Positions 1 through 15,599 of a stretch of 64,000 nucleotides of DNA are shown here, in pieces. The DNA is taken from assembly GCF_009914755.1 (NCBI RefSeq), contig NC_060931.1. One strand, 5' to 3'. How positions within the stretch are numbered: position 1 is the stretch's first letter; every line of letters begins with the position of its first letter. Made by a program: the position numbers and the translations under genes. Below the pieces are notes generated by a model. It was not told the DNA's origin, ran no database searches, and worked only from the letters and a program-made list of their open reading frames with translations. Source of the stretch: the human T2T-CHM13v2.0 reference genome, Homo sapiens.

Positions 1-155
1 TAAAAATTTCCTCAATTCTTAAATTATTTCTACAGGATGACATCACATTATTTATTGCTGAAGTGTTACTGACAATGTAAGCTTCTTTCTCAAACTTCTT
101 CACTGTGTTCTTTGGAGCAAAATTAATTTATCTCACATTTTCTGGCATTAGATAG

Positions 156-377
<222 letters not shown>

Positions 378-766
378 TAACTCAGAGTTTTCAATTCATT
401 GAGAAATGTTTCTTCAATGTGTTTCCTGGTTAACCCGTCCCTTTTCTTCTCTTGTTAGTAAAATCTTTTCAAATATCTCCTAAAATTCTATGTTGTCCAC
501 ATTATTAGACATTTCTGATAAATGGATGATATCTTCATCTGTGCATTTTCCTTAGAGCATGACTTACAAGAAAATTTCCAAATTTAGGCATCAGAGTTTC
601 TATTGCTGTCATGTAACAGCATTAGAATTGCTTTTTGAAGACTGTGACCTTTAAATAGAATGAGATCATTTATATGCATATCAATGAAGCCATTAATGAT
701 AAAAATTGGGTCAGACTTAACTGAATGACTATTCAAAAATTGAATTGCTGTGGGCTCAAACACATC

Positions 767-776
767 CACGCACGCG

Positions 777-818
<42 letters not shown>
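767..818. repeat. Compound microsatellite (CG)6(CA)17
   Basis: (CG)6 at 773-784 followed by (CA)17 at 785-818. Confidence 0.97.
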
Positions 819-820
<2 letters not shown>

Positions 821-1139
821 TGTTCAAAATTTTAAAAACTGCTTTTTCATTTTTTTCCTTAAGGAACAGCCACAGACTATTTAGGGAGATAACAGAGAAT
901 TTGTAAAGAAGACTGACTGAGGGAGCTGCTCAGATGTCGCTGCCAAATTGGCACAGATTCAAGGCACATTTCTATATGCCTTTCATTATTATTTCTGACC
1001 ATCTGGATCCTTTGTTTTTAAATCCCTGTTAATACTAAAGAGAAGACACTAGTATTCATCCATGCAGATTCAAAGTGAATGAAAATAAATGTCATCACTC
1101 TATCCTTAATTTCTTTTGGTAGTTTTGGGTTGTAGATTT

Positions 1140-1760
1140 TCTCATATTCAGAAAGTGTTCTTTGAGCACCCACTCTGCACCAGGCTCTGTTCTAGGTGTT
1201 TGGGTAAAGATGTTACTAGAACACACAAAATTCCTTCCATGAGGGAGCTTATCTTCTAATGAAAGGAATAAGAACAACATTAATGTGCTCAATCTACAAT
1301 GTCTAATGGTATTAAGTGCTATAGAAAAAAAATAAAGAAGAAAAAGATTTCTTGGGGGAATGTGCTTGCAGTTTTTTAAATCCAATTATCAGGAAATGAG
1401 AAGCTATTCTTTGAGTAAAGATTTAAAGGTGATGAGGCACATATTTGCACATATTTGGAGAAAGCACATTTCAGGCAGAGAAGACAGCTAGTACAATGGC
1501 CCTGAGGTATAAGGATGCCCCTGTGCTAGAGAAATTTCCACTGGAGCCAGTGAGGAGGAGCAGGAAACTGGAGCAGGAGTGAGGGAGGACCAGAGTAGTA
1601 GAATACAAGGTCAAAGACTCAAGCTGTGGCGATGTGTGGACTGGGCAGAGCATACAGGATATTAGATCATCAAAAGAGAGTTATAGCTTTAATGTGGAGT
1701 GAGTTTTTAGTAGGAAATTCCATGATCTGACTCATATTTTAACAGAACCATGTGACCATT
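1140..1760 (-). mobile_element. LINE-2 3' fragment
   Basis: ttgagcacccactctgcaccaggctctgttctaggtgt... and catgatctgactcatattttaa resemble the antisense L2 3' end. Confidence 0.75.
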
Positions 1761-3039
1761 ATAACACTTATTTGTATCAGACAAAAGATAGCCTATCGTC
1801 AGTTTTTATGTTTTTCTAACTAGCTCACCACTAATTAATAAGTGACTCCTAAAACACAAAAATGAATCATTCAACTATTATAGATAAAGCAACTGTTTGA
1901 AACCACAAAGAAATCACTTTATCTATCAACCAATGTTGACTGAGTACCTATATGTGTAAAATACTATGCGCTTACTGGGCAAAGAACTCTGATGAAATTA
2001 ACTAGATAATAATTTAAATTAATCAGAGTTTTTTTTACAGTTCCATTTCTATTTCGCATTCTAATTTATATCATTAACTAATTATATCAAACTCAAAAAT
2101 TGATATGAAGGTCACTGAGCAAAAGTATATTGATTAAATATGCAGCATGGCTATCTTACTGAGATTTCAAAATACAATTTTTTATGTTAAAATTCACTTA
2201 GAAAAATTTATATTTTAAATATTGCATTGCTTATGCTTATCTTGCACTGCAATTGACTATTCATTATTTCAAATTTCAGAGAGTTCCTTGATAGTCCCCT
2301 AAAGCTGTCATATAGATAGTTCCTTTGAAGAGAAAGAGTACAAAGTGTGAAAACCTTGAATTTTAATTTTTAAATTAGTTTTGGCAAATGAAAACTATTT
2401 TAGCACTTCAGAGTCACATACTCCATTAACTCTACCTTTACCTAAGACCAGAATTATGAAGACTCAGTAGAAAGACAATTAGAAAGATATTATTTTAGTA
2501 AAAAATAGGAAATGGCCGAAAGATAATGCTACTACATTCTACTAATTACAAAAAGCAAATAATGGATTCGAAAAAGTTTAAGCAGAATATTTTTACTAGG
2601 ATTTCAGTATGTCTTTTAATCAAGGATCTATAGCTAACTGTTTTATTCTTCAGCTGAAATCTATTTTAATCTGGTGTGACACTGTCTTGTCACACCAAAC
2701 ATTTTTTGGTGTTGTCACTAGGACAGGAGTGAGTGTTACTGAAACACACACATAAATCCTCTAACATTTTCTCCTTGAAAAATAAAACCCAATAAAAATG
2801 TCTTGGAAACCTTTGTATATATAATTTCAATTAATAAGATCAGTTTTTAATTATTCCTTACTTGTATGTTCACTTTTAAAGAAAATCTCCACAGGGGGTT
2901 TTTATAATGCACATATGAGCAGACAGATTCCATGCAAAACTTCTCTTTCCTGAAGGGCTATATGATCCAACACGACTTTGCATCACTAAGTGTATGACAC
3001 AGTCTTTTACCTTACAGGTCCTCATTATGTAACAGTATC

Positions 3040-3200
3040 CAAATGTTACTATGTTTTAGGAACTGCACTAAATATGTTATATGTGTGCTATCATTTAGTC
3101 ATCACAAAACCTATGGACAAAGAAACTAAGGCTCAGAAAAGTTCCTTAAATTGCCCAACACCACAAGCTTCTAATTGACACTGAAGACATAAATATTTCT
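3040..3200 (-). mobile_element. MIR SINE
   Basis: Core gaaactaaggctcagaaaagt...aaattgcccaacaccacaagct. Confidence 0.7.
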
Positions 3201-3479
3201 AGCTTCAATGCACATTATGTTATAGTTAAAGCATACTTTTCTAAACAGATTTTGCAATATTAACACATGGTATAAGGTAATTTCCCACTGGTTTATCAGT
3301 ATTAGATGCATTTGCTGCTGTGTCAAATTGGTCTGCCATTTGAGAAAAAAAAGATATACACAAATAAGGTATAACAATTAAAAGTAATGGTACGATTATT
3401 CAGTTTCCCACTCTTGAAAATGTTGTGTTGACTGTAACTGTTTTTGTAACCTTCGATGTTCAAAGTACAACCTATTACT

Positions 3480-4132
<653 letters not shown>

Positions 4133-4959
4133 AAAAAAGCCATTTCTAATGATGAAAAAGCACAAGTAAAAACAACAGATAAACCCTAAAAATAAAATTT
4201 AGATGTGACAGAGTAATGTTGGTTTTAACTTATACTTGGAAAAGTACAAAAAGATCACCTAAAAACCCCAGCATTAGTTTTTAACTTCTATATCAATTGT
4301 TTAATAAATGTTATTAAAGAAATGAAAGAACAAACATTCTACAGTGTGAATTTAAATACCACTTTTCAAAGTTGGAATTTATCATTAAACTAAGGAGAGT
4401 TACTTGTTTATTTATTTCCCAAATGTATTTATGCTTGATTTCAAAACTTGTTTGTAAAGAAAGCAATTGATCACAATTGGTATAATTGTATTTTATAATT
4501 GTAGGTAGATTTGATAAGAAGAGGAACATCACTGAAACTATATTGATGGTAATAGTGAAGAGAAGCAGAAATACTGGTTAACATACTATTTCTGTTCCTT
4601 GCTAACTAACTGTGCTAGCACCATGCAGTTGTAGGAAGTGAAGCAATACAACAGACAATAGCTCTGCTATCAGGACAGCACTCAGGATTGTGGCCAGGTT
4701 TGGGAGGGGAAGCAAATTACACGTCATGTTCCCCACTCCTACCACATGGTGGAAGGAAATTATTTTTGAATGCAGAAGACATCAGAGTTATAGTTCCTCA
4801 ATTTAAAATGAGAAAATGAGGTCCTGAGAAAATAAAGGAAACAGAATTTGTTGGTGGTATATCTCCAATATTCTCACTTTCATCTTTGGCATGTTCTCTA
4901 GAACTTTTCTATGAAATCACATTGGTCATTAAAGTATGACCACAGCCACTGTCTCTAAA

Positions 4960-5160
4960 CATTAGTCGAACACCTGTTATGTGCAAGACACAGAGCTATT
5001 TATTATACATACATTTTAGAACCTAACCCTTTTAACAGTCCAATAAGGCTGATGCTCTCTTCCTTTTATAAGTGAACAAACTAAAGATAGAAAACTTGTC
5101 CAAGATCCGTTAAGATGAATTCGGTTCAGTCAGACTCCTCAGACCATATTTTCTCTGTTA
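4960..5160 (-). mobile_element. MIR SINE
   Basis: cacctgttatgtgcaagacacagagct...cttttataagtgaacaaactaaagatag...cttgtccaagatc. Confidence 0.6.
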
Positions 5161-6524
5161 TACTTTCCTTATGCTTTCCATAATGGAAAGGGTTGAATTT
5201 GGTTCTAGAAGGATAATTATAGATGACAGTAAAAAGGTTTTTATATCATTGTTAATAATTATATCAGTGTCATTATCCTTGTTAAAGACATTTAAAATAT
5301 TACTTTAGGCAGCAGCACTACAAAAGGTAGGTTTTGAATCCCCAGGTTCCTTATTAAGGGGTAAAAGCATATTGTCTGAATGCAAAGGGTATACACATTA
5401 AGAGAAACTACAATACAGAGTACGAAGTGCGAAAATAAAGCAAGCCCCTGTGGAGTTATGAAAGCGTAACTCAGCCTCAGGCCAAGGAACATCTACTGAC
5501 AGGAAACATGTACGGAGGAAATCCTACACTCAGAGAACACTGATAGACAAAGAGCACACATAGAGCAGTAATATGTGCAGGCTGTCATTCTTCTCCCCTT
5601 GAATACCCTCAGTTTTGTCAATTCTTTCTATTCTGTAACTGCAATTGCTTGCCTACTAAGCCACTGCACATGAAACAAAGACTGGGCAAGGAAAAGGAAG
5701 GAAGAAACTCACTCTGCTGACTCTCCAAAAAGCTAGAGCTTATTTTGACATGAATTTTCAGACAGCCTCTAGTAAGGATGTAGGTTGTGGAGAAAGGTGT
5801 GTTTGTTGGGTGCTCAACAAAAGTCATTTAATAGCCGAGTCCTGAAAATGTAGACATTCTTGAATGACTACATTAGAGTAAATGAAAACAAATCATTTAC
5901 TCCAAGGGATTGCCTCTTAAGTGTCATAAAGCCTATTTAGTCCATATTTGGGGAAACAAGTTTCCAGAAAAGTCAGAGATGAAATCAGGAAAAGGCCATG
6001 CTCTGAAATGGAGGCTAGTAAATCTCGCCACAGTCAATGAGTTGCCATGTTACCAATGCCTCTTTATAGAATATTGTAAGATGTAGGATCTGTATCTAAG
6101 TCCACCAGTATCATTCTGATGTTATAATTGTACTTTACGTGTTGGACATGAAATTACAGTGGCTGTTGTCATTAAAAGCATCAAACAATTTAAGAATAAG
6201 AAGAAGCTAGTACATATCCAAGATTGCCCAAAGGAGACAATATTACGGTTTTAGACAACTCATACATTTTAGCAAGAAATATTTCTACAGTGGCGAAGAC
6301 AATTGATATAGCTACTCTAGTGTGATTAAAAATGTCCATTTAGAGCACCTGAAAATGTGTTGTAATTCTGTGCACCCAACTGAACTACTGTTCTAAAACT
6401 TAATTTACAAAACAGATTTTCAGGGAGAGTGGTTGAAGCAACAGATTGAATAATCTTCCCAGGAGGGCAAAATCAACAACTCTTTGCTTATGTTTCCCCC
6501 ACAGATTCTATCACAGCACTGTAG

Positions 6525-6554
6525 ACAAAACGAAACAAAACAAAACAAAACAAA
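6525..6554. repeat. (CAAAA)n pentanucleotide repeat
   Basis: acaaaacgaaacaaaacaaaacaaaacaaa. Confidence 0.85.
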
Positions 6555-6948
6555 GCCTTATCATTGCATTTTAAATGCAATTTTAAAATTTCCCATGGTA
6601 AATTAATAAATTAAGACTTTTACTAAATAAAATATAATAGCACAGCCTTATATATCTTCATGAAATTAGAAAAATAAATTCCAGAGTCTACAAAACTGAA
6701 GGCCACACTTGAGACCCTTTTTGTCTATTAAGGTACCGGCTCCTATTAAGGCACGAAATCCTTTGACGGATTAAAAATTTTGTCACATCCAGCTCAGTTA
6801 TAACCTATGAGTATTATAGGCAACCTTGTATACTATAGAAATCATATTGGTACAGAAGTATAGTTCAGTGATACGGATGAGAAATTCATAGATCATATCA
6901 GAATAAAGAAAGAAAAGACAGACTTTAATAGAAAAGAAAATGTCTTAC

Positions 6949-6969
6949 TTGGTTAAGAATGTCTTGTTT
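6949..6969 (-). CDS. DGKB: DGKB 21-nt coding microexon (KQDILNQ), phase 0/0
   Basis: Minus strand: ttacattaacacatgtattctttctttccttgcatgcacag|AAA CAA GAC ATT CTT AAC CAA|gtaaga. It encodes the 7 residues that follow NPEG in recalled DGK-beta. Branch-point-like TTAAC, pyrimidine tract, CAG acceptor and GTAAGA donor are all present. Confidence 0.95.
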
Positions 6970-7110
6970 CTGTGCATGCAAGGAAAGAAAGAATACATGT
7001 GTTAATGTAAGATACTTTATACTCATTATCTCATATCTCTGATTATTTAGCTAAAAGTTCAAGTTTACAGGTTGATTTTAAAACACACCCTGGATCCATA
7101 GGCCTCAAAA

Positions 7111-7292
7111 GGTGGTTCCCAAACAGTGGCATCAGCATAAGTTAGAAAACTGATAGAAATGCAAATTCTTGACCCCCACCTCAGAAACACTGAATCTAAA
7201 ACTGCGTGGGGTCGGGGGGAGGCAGGCAGCAATCCATGTTTTAACAAGCCCCCCGGTTGATTCTGAGGTACACTAAAATTTCAGAATCAATG
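7111..7292. mobile_element. MER5A (hAT-Charlie non-autonomous DNA transposon)
   Basis: gtggttcccaaac...agaaatgcaaattcttgacccccacctcagaaacactgaatc...ttttaacaagccccccggttgattctga...aaaatttcagaatcaatg. Confidence 0.85.
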
Positions 7293-7959
7293 ACTAGATC
7301 AATCTTTGTATATAATAAGCAAACTGTTCTGACATTAGATAAATATAATATGTAACACATACAGTGTGATTAAAATATTTTAGAGGATTAAGAGAAATAT
7401 AACCATCTATATAAAGGTATATTAGATTTTGAATATGTATTTCCCATTCCTAAGATATCCTTCTATTAGCGTCACACCTAGCATCTCACCATACTCTTAA
7501 AGATTAAAATATATTTCTGTATACATCTGCCACTTTCTTTCCATATCTCAGCTGTGAGTGGAACAATTTGGAATTGAACTTGAAGTCCAAGATCAAAAGA
7601 AAAAAACACGTGTGGAATGCTAAACTGGTTTCCCCTCATACTACCAAATTCTACTGCTCTCAGGAGACTATTTACATGGCCTGACTATGTTTTACTGAGA
7701 ATAACCTCACTGAAACTGGATCTCTGCTACAAACTAGCTGTAATAACGTTCTTAACATTATATTATTTACACAAGAGTAGGTGGAGGCTAATAAGACTCT
7801 CTCCCCTTGTCAGGCATGAGTCATTAATATGTATGTGTACTGGGAAGTGCCACACTCACTACAAAAGCAATGTCTTCCCATGCCTTCCCCTAACCTTTCT
7901 CCTTCCTATCTAAGAGGATGTTCCTCTCCCCTATGGCTTGGTCAATGAAGTGAAGAGCA

Positions 7960-8085
7960 CAGGGCATTAGCCTTAAACTGGGATTCTAGTCAATTAGGTT
8001 TTTGTTGTGGTTACTGTCACAAGCTAGCTGGTGAATCTTGGACAAATCATTTCACTTTTCTTAAAATAGTTTCTTTATTTAAAAA
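7960..8085 (+). mobile_element. MIR fragment
   Basis: ctagctggtgaatcttggacaaatcatttcacttttct...agtttctttattt. Confidence 0.55.
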
Positions 8086-10357
8086 CTTTGTAATTTTATT
8101 AATTTGGGAATCTCAAGACCTTTGAATGGTTTTTATTCCTACAGAATCTTTAAGGCTATTGTTTAGATTTCTCTTATTCATTTCTTCAAGGAATGATTAT
8201 CAAATGATCTTTAAAAGATGGGAATTAAAAGTAAATGATTCATTCACATATTATACTTAATATTTTTTCTCTATTAAAATAGACTTCAACAGGTCATATC
8301 TTTTTGGGTTAAATTTTTATCCCCAGCACTTTAAAACTTCAGTAATTCAAGTGAATTATAAGCAAAATAGTACATCTACGATTTAAACAGCTTTATGTTG
8401 TAGGAGGATAAGCAATTTAATTTTTGCAAATACATTTTATGTAAATGATACAAGCTATGTTCCTTTTAGAAAACGATGAATTAATTATTCATTCCAAATT
8501 CAGGTTGCATTACTCAATTGTCCATTTTTTCTTGTATAATTCAGCATCATTAACTAGTCATCAGTGCAAACAACTTTGGGGTCAACTTGACCAGCCAATG
8601 GAGAGTGATAACTTCACATGTGAATTGACATTAGGAATTCTGCCATATTGTAAGAGTAATTTTTTATAAATTGGATGAGGTCATGTATTGAAGAGAACTT
8701 TAAGGGCATAAAGATTTATTTCTCATCATTAGATATTCTTAATTATTTTCAATTGGCTTTTAGAAGATACATACTAGTTTTTTAAATGGTTATATAAGCC
8801 TTAAAATTTTCTTCCGAAGGAAAAATTTTATGAAAATTAACTAAGATCAGAGAGTGGTTTTGCTCTTAATTTAGAATTGTTCTTGGGTTGTAATGAGATC
8901 TAACTTTTTGTTTTTCAACTGTTCGTTATTTTAATAACATGTTTCAACAATAGATCTGTACATTTATGAAATGTATTACATTGTTGAAAAGGGTGATATG
9001 TGTGTCTAATAATGATCTAATAACTACCTCAAAAAATGCAGCATATGGTGACTGATAATTCTCATGAAATATATAATTACAGTAAGACTAAGTCTTGAGA
9101 GTCCTATAAATAAAAAATAATTGAAGCAAAAAGGCTGCTTTGCAAACAAGATCACTTAACTGAGTTTGTAGCCAGAAGCTATCATTATGGAGAAAAACAG
9201 GTTTTATCTCTGTATATAGATTAGATAAGCATGTAAGTTTTCAAATATTGTTGTGAATATAAATATTAATGACAATTTTTGTGTCTTATAGCAATTCAGT
9301 GCTATAATTCATCTTTACGTTTCCCACCCTGCTTTCTTAGGCTTTGAGATTCTCAGTTTTGTAAGTTTAGCTGCTAATTTTTTTTTCCTCCTCCTCTATG
9401 GCATCTAGAAAAATACAAGGGAAATGTAGGTCAAACATCTATTTTTTTTCTAATACAGAAAAAGGGAACGGCTTTAAATAGCCTTTATTTTCTCCATCAT
9501 TTATAGGCACCAAATATTAATTTTATTTTTTAAGAAGAAAATAAATTCCAGGCTAAAGAGTTTTAAAAGTTACAGTAATGTACCAGAATGTAGAGAGAAT
9601 AAGAAAATATGACATGAAAAATAGCTAACTACGAGAAATACTGATAGGAAATTTCAAAACAATTTGAATATCTTGAGGGTTATGATAACTAAAATTAAGT
9701 TCTAGAAATCCCAGGGAAGTACAATATTGAAAGATAACTAAGAAGTGTGCTCTTGCAAACATACAAAAAAAAAACAATAATAGCAAAAAATAAGTCACAT
9801 TTTAGTCAGCAAACAAATCTATCTAGTTAATACATCCTGACAAAAGGGTCTTTTGCAAAGAGAAGTATGAAGCAACGTAAATGTTGCCTTCTGAAGCTGC
9901 AAATGAACTAACAGTAATGATGATCGAACATTTAAAATGTAACATCTCTCAACTAATATTAAATAGGTTATTTAACAAGCAATTAGGAAGGAAAAGGCAT
10001 TCATTCCAGCATGGTATTCAAAAGCAATTGACAAGACATGCAAAGTTTTCATAAGAAAATCTTAAAGAAATCTTAAGCTTACTGGTAAAAGGTAAAATAG
10101 AAGATTAAAAAAATTCCTCCCTTTTTGTACAAGTTGGTTCCTTAAGGTGACGGACCAGGTATAAGCAACACAAAATCCTTCTTTGGTCAAGGAAATAATT
10201 GCCTGAAAGGGGTAACTCCCTACCCCTACACCAATATCCATTTTGGATTGAAATTCGTGGGTCATAGACTGAGAGCCAAGCATACTCCTTCTCTATTTTA
10301 TCCAATGCTGTTTCCTGACTTCTAGGAAAAGAACCAACGCTACACTTAAATGATTCA

Positions 10358-10834
<477 letters not shown>

Positions 10835-11908
10835 TTAAAATGTAAATAAGCATCAGCAGAAACTAAATTTAAAAACCAACACATAAAATATCTCTTGCCA
10901 TTTTTGAAAGGCTATTTAATTGGAAAAGAAATTGCAAAGGAGCAAAAAGATCACTGCATTAAATAAAAACAATACAGCTGGATAAGAAAAATATGGGTAG
11001 CTAAGCCTCAATGGTGAATCCATTTAGAGGGAAGCTATAGATTTTAGTATCTGTAGATATTTTTAAGGAGAATTTTCTCTGTATACATAACACAACTAAA
11101 CTAAAGCCTACTTTAGTAATTAAAGTTTTAGTAAGTAAGCTTTAATTTAGTTGTGTCACATATTTTACCCTATATATGCATTACGAATAACATTTTAGTT
11201 TTGTTATGTATAAATTAAAGCTTACCCTATTCAATGAAGAAACAAAGCTTAGACATATTACCAAAAGAATTATAAATTATTTTCTTCAAAAGTACTATTA
11301 TTTTTAAACCTTTCATCTTATTAGTTGGTGACAAGAAATTTTAAGTTAATAAAATAATGTCATAAAAGAATTATCAGTATTACAATTAAAGTTAAATACA
11401 TTAATATGATATAGATATATACATTCAGTCTACTAAAATATGCTCATTATACTTATTGAAATATAATTTTTGATTTAGAAATCTCAGAATTACAACGCAT
11501 TTTTAAGTTAGAAGGAAATAATAGCTAACAAATATGGGTAAGTCATCTAAATATTTAATCAAGTTTGAATAATAATGAAAAAACCTCAAAATTAAAATGT
11601 AGGAAATACATGGATTTCCCAGTTTTCTTTTATGGAACAGAGCATGGAAAATTATTGGCTACCAATTGAATATAATTCTTGTTGACCTTCCCTAAGAGTC
11701 AGTGATACTTGGACTACCACAAAATATTTCCCAGTTCCAGAAAACTAATTCACAAATTAGCTTTTGAAACATCCTGCTAGAAAACTCTCTCATAGATGCC
11801 CATTGAATATATAATGCCTATATTTTGTGAATTGTACTTTTACTTGGAATGTACCATTTCCTTTCTTTATATTGTAAATTCTGTGGGTTTGTGTATGTGT
11901 GTGAAACA

Positions 11909-13145
<1,237 letters not shown>

Positions 13146-15599
13146 GACATCCTCTGGGGGGTGTGTGTGTACGCACATTTGCTTGATGCCTATACAGCTT
13201 CCTATGTATTTCCTTTTTGGTGTATAATTTGCTGGCATTTTCCATATTGTGATCAGAGTTAATTTTTTATGTCATGTCCCTTGCTAGATTGGAGGTTGTT
13301 CTCGGGCAGAAAATGTGTGTTTTCATTTTAGCACAACTTTCAACTTCATCACAAAGTTGAAACAATAGAATTGCAATAAATATTGAGATTAAATTAATCA
13401 GAGCTATTCCTAAATGGCAAAAAATTACAATAATTGCTTCTATATGTACTTTGTTAGACACTTACACTGCAGAGAGAGACCAAACTGCATATCAAAAAGA
13501 GACATGAAGCTGACCCCTTATTCTCAAATTCTTCTTTGTGGGTAATAAGGCACTATTCTAAGTTAGCAGAACTGCTTTTACTTCTTTTTATCCATAATCG
13601 TAGATGCAACCCATACTGTGCAGACCCACAGAGACACACACATACACAGATGCATACATTCTGGAATATCATATCTCGAGAGACTATGTTTATTTTAACC
13701 ATATCTTAGGCCAATGATAAAATGGAAGGCGGAGAAAACAATTTTGGTTTCTCCCACATAGGCCTGCCCCACAACTTTAGAGACACTGCTTAGATGGCCT
13801 TTTCGTTTCAGGTTTCTATGAGAGTAAAAAACATATTCAGTAATTATTTATAAATGACTCAGAGAAGGGGAAAGCTCATAAAATTATTCCTACAATATTT
13901 TATTAGTGTACTGGTCATAGTTTATACTGAATATTCTTAGTAGAGAAATCATGAGCTAAATTAACAGCCAAAAACCTCTAGATATATGACTGCCCTTTCC
14001 ATGAACTAGGGCTCAACAATGACTTGGTCTGAGACAATTTAAAGTGCTCTAGTTGATATTCAGATGAATCACTATCAATTCAACTCACTGCCTCTCCAAT
14101 TCTCAAGTTCCAGTTCTAATATCTTAATATTTGAAGTTTAACTATGACCTGATCTCCACTTTACAATCTAGTTTGGAAACTGGAGCATTATCTTGTTTTT
14201 GTATTCCTGTCTCAATAACATTTCTTGGGCCCAGTTTCTCTAAGGCTGAGGCCCTGATTTGACCGGTCAATCTTCTAAAGATAAGGATTTGCGCATGGAA
14301 CACCAGAGAGTTCAGGATATCCATAACCTTTCAACAGCATTGTTTTTACATGAATTATCTACATGTCTTCTTGGACACCCAAATTGCACTAGGTTGTGAA
14401 AATCCTACTGCTATGTTTTACCTTCTTTTGGGGGGAACACACATTTATCTTATTTGTAAGTTAACTGCTTGTCCAAATTTCTTCCTATGGCCTATCACCA
14501 TAAACATTCCTATCTTTTTTATTGTGCCAACTCTGAGTTACATTCTGTCCAAAACTACACTGGGGCAGTGGAGAGGGGAAAGGATCTATAACTAGGCCTG
14601 ACCTGCCTTCTAGGACAAAATAAACAGAGGAAGTTATACCTGGATGAACAGATAGTAAGACGTGGCCTCAGTCATAATTCAGCTAATAATAGAGCTTCGG
14701 GAAAGAGCACAGTGACAGATACTAGGCTGAGCAATGCTGAGAAATCCAGGCAAGCAGCCAGCCAGGCAGGCAGCTGTGAGCTTGGAGATCAGTTTAGTAA
14801 ATACATGTCTGTAATGGGAGAAAGAACCTGGAAGATTGGCCAGTGAAGTGCTAGGCAGCCCAGTGCTGAGCAGCCAGGTTGAAAACAGCAGGTTTAGTTC
14901 CTGGGATAAGGGAGCTGGACAGATGCGCAGCACAAAAGATTGGGTCTCCTGGAAAGCAAAGGAGGGGTATGACTTGGGGAAATTCTGAAACATGGGGCTA
15001 ATTTCAGAGGTTCCTATGCTTGGCTTGACTAGCAGGGCAGGATACTTGGAAAACAACAGTGAATACAAATTACTGCCCTTTGACTAACATATCCATTTTC
15101 CCAGCAAGTAATTTAATACTATACCAATAACTACAGCTGAGACAATGGGCTGTCTTTTTCATCACTGTCAGAATCAACTTAGAGCTGAAAATGGTACTGA
15201 GCATGAAAGCGGGAGGTGTTTTATTAAGCAAACATTCTTGGAATGAGCTGGGAAAGAACAAAGAAAATGTTTATGGGGAGATGAGTTGACTTTCTCCTAT
15301 ACTTTACCTTTCTATCACCTGCTCTGGTACTTGAGTAATTCCAGGGGCCCCCCAAAATGCACACACCCTGTCAATCTTCTCATTTCGGCTGAGTCATGTA
15401 ATAAACAATGCCATGAGAGTTAAATGAACTACATTTTAGGGATCAACGTTAAATTTTTATTTACTTTTAAAATGTTCAGAATTTTTAACGATTTTCAAGA
15501 AAAATTAAAGACCCTTTACATTAGTCTGAATTGAAAATAAATAAATGACTAATAGCATTTGGTAACGTTTAGAAAATGCAAATAGATCATAAAAAGTAC

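Noticed and set aside
14560-15070. GC-richer island with a 129-aa minus-strand ORF
   Set aside because: No recognisable protein similarity or splice structure; probably an ancient LTR fragment that I cannot assign.
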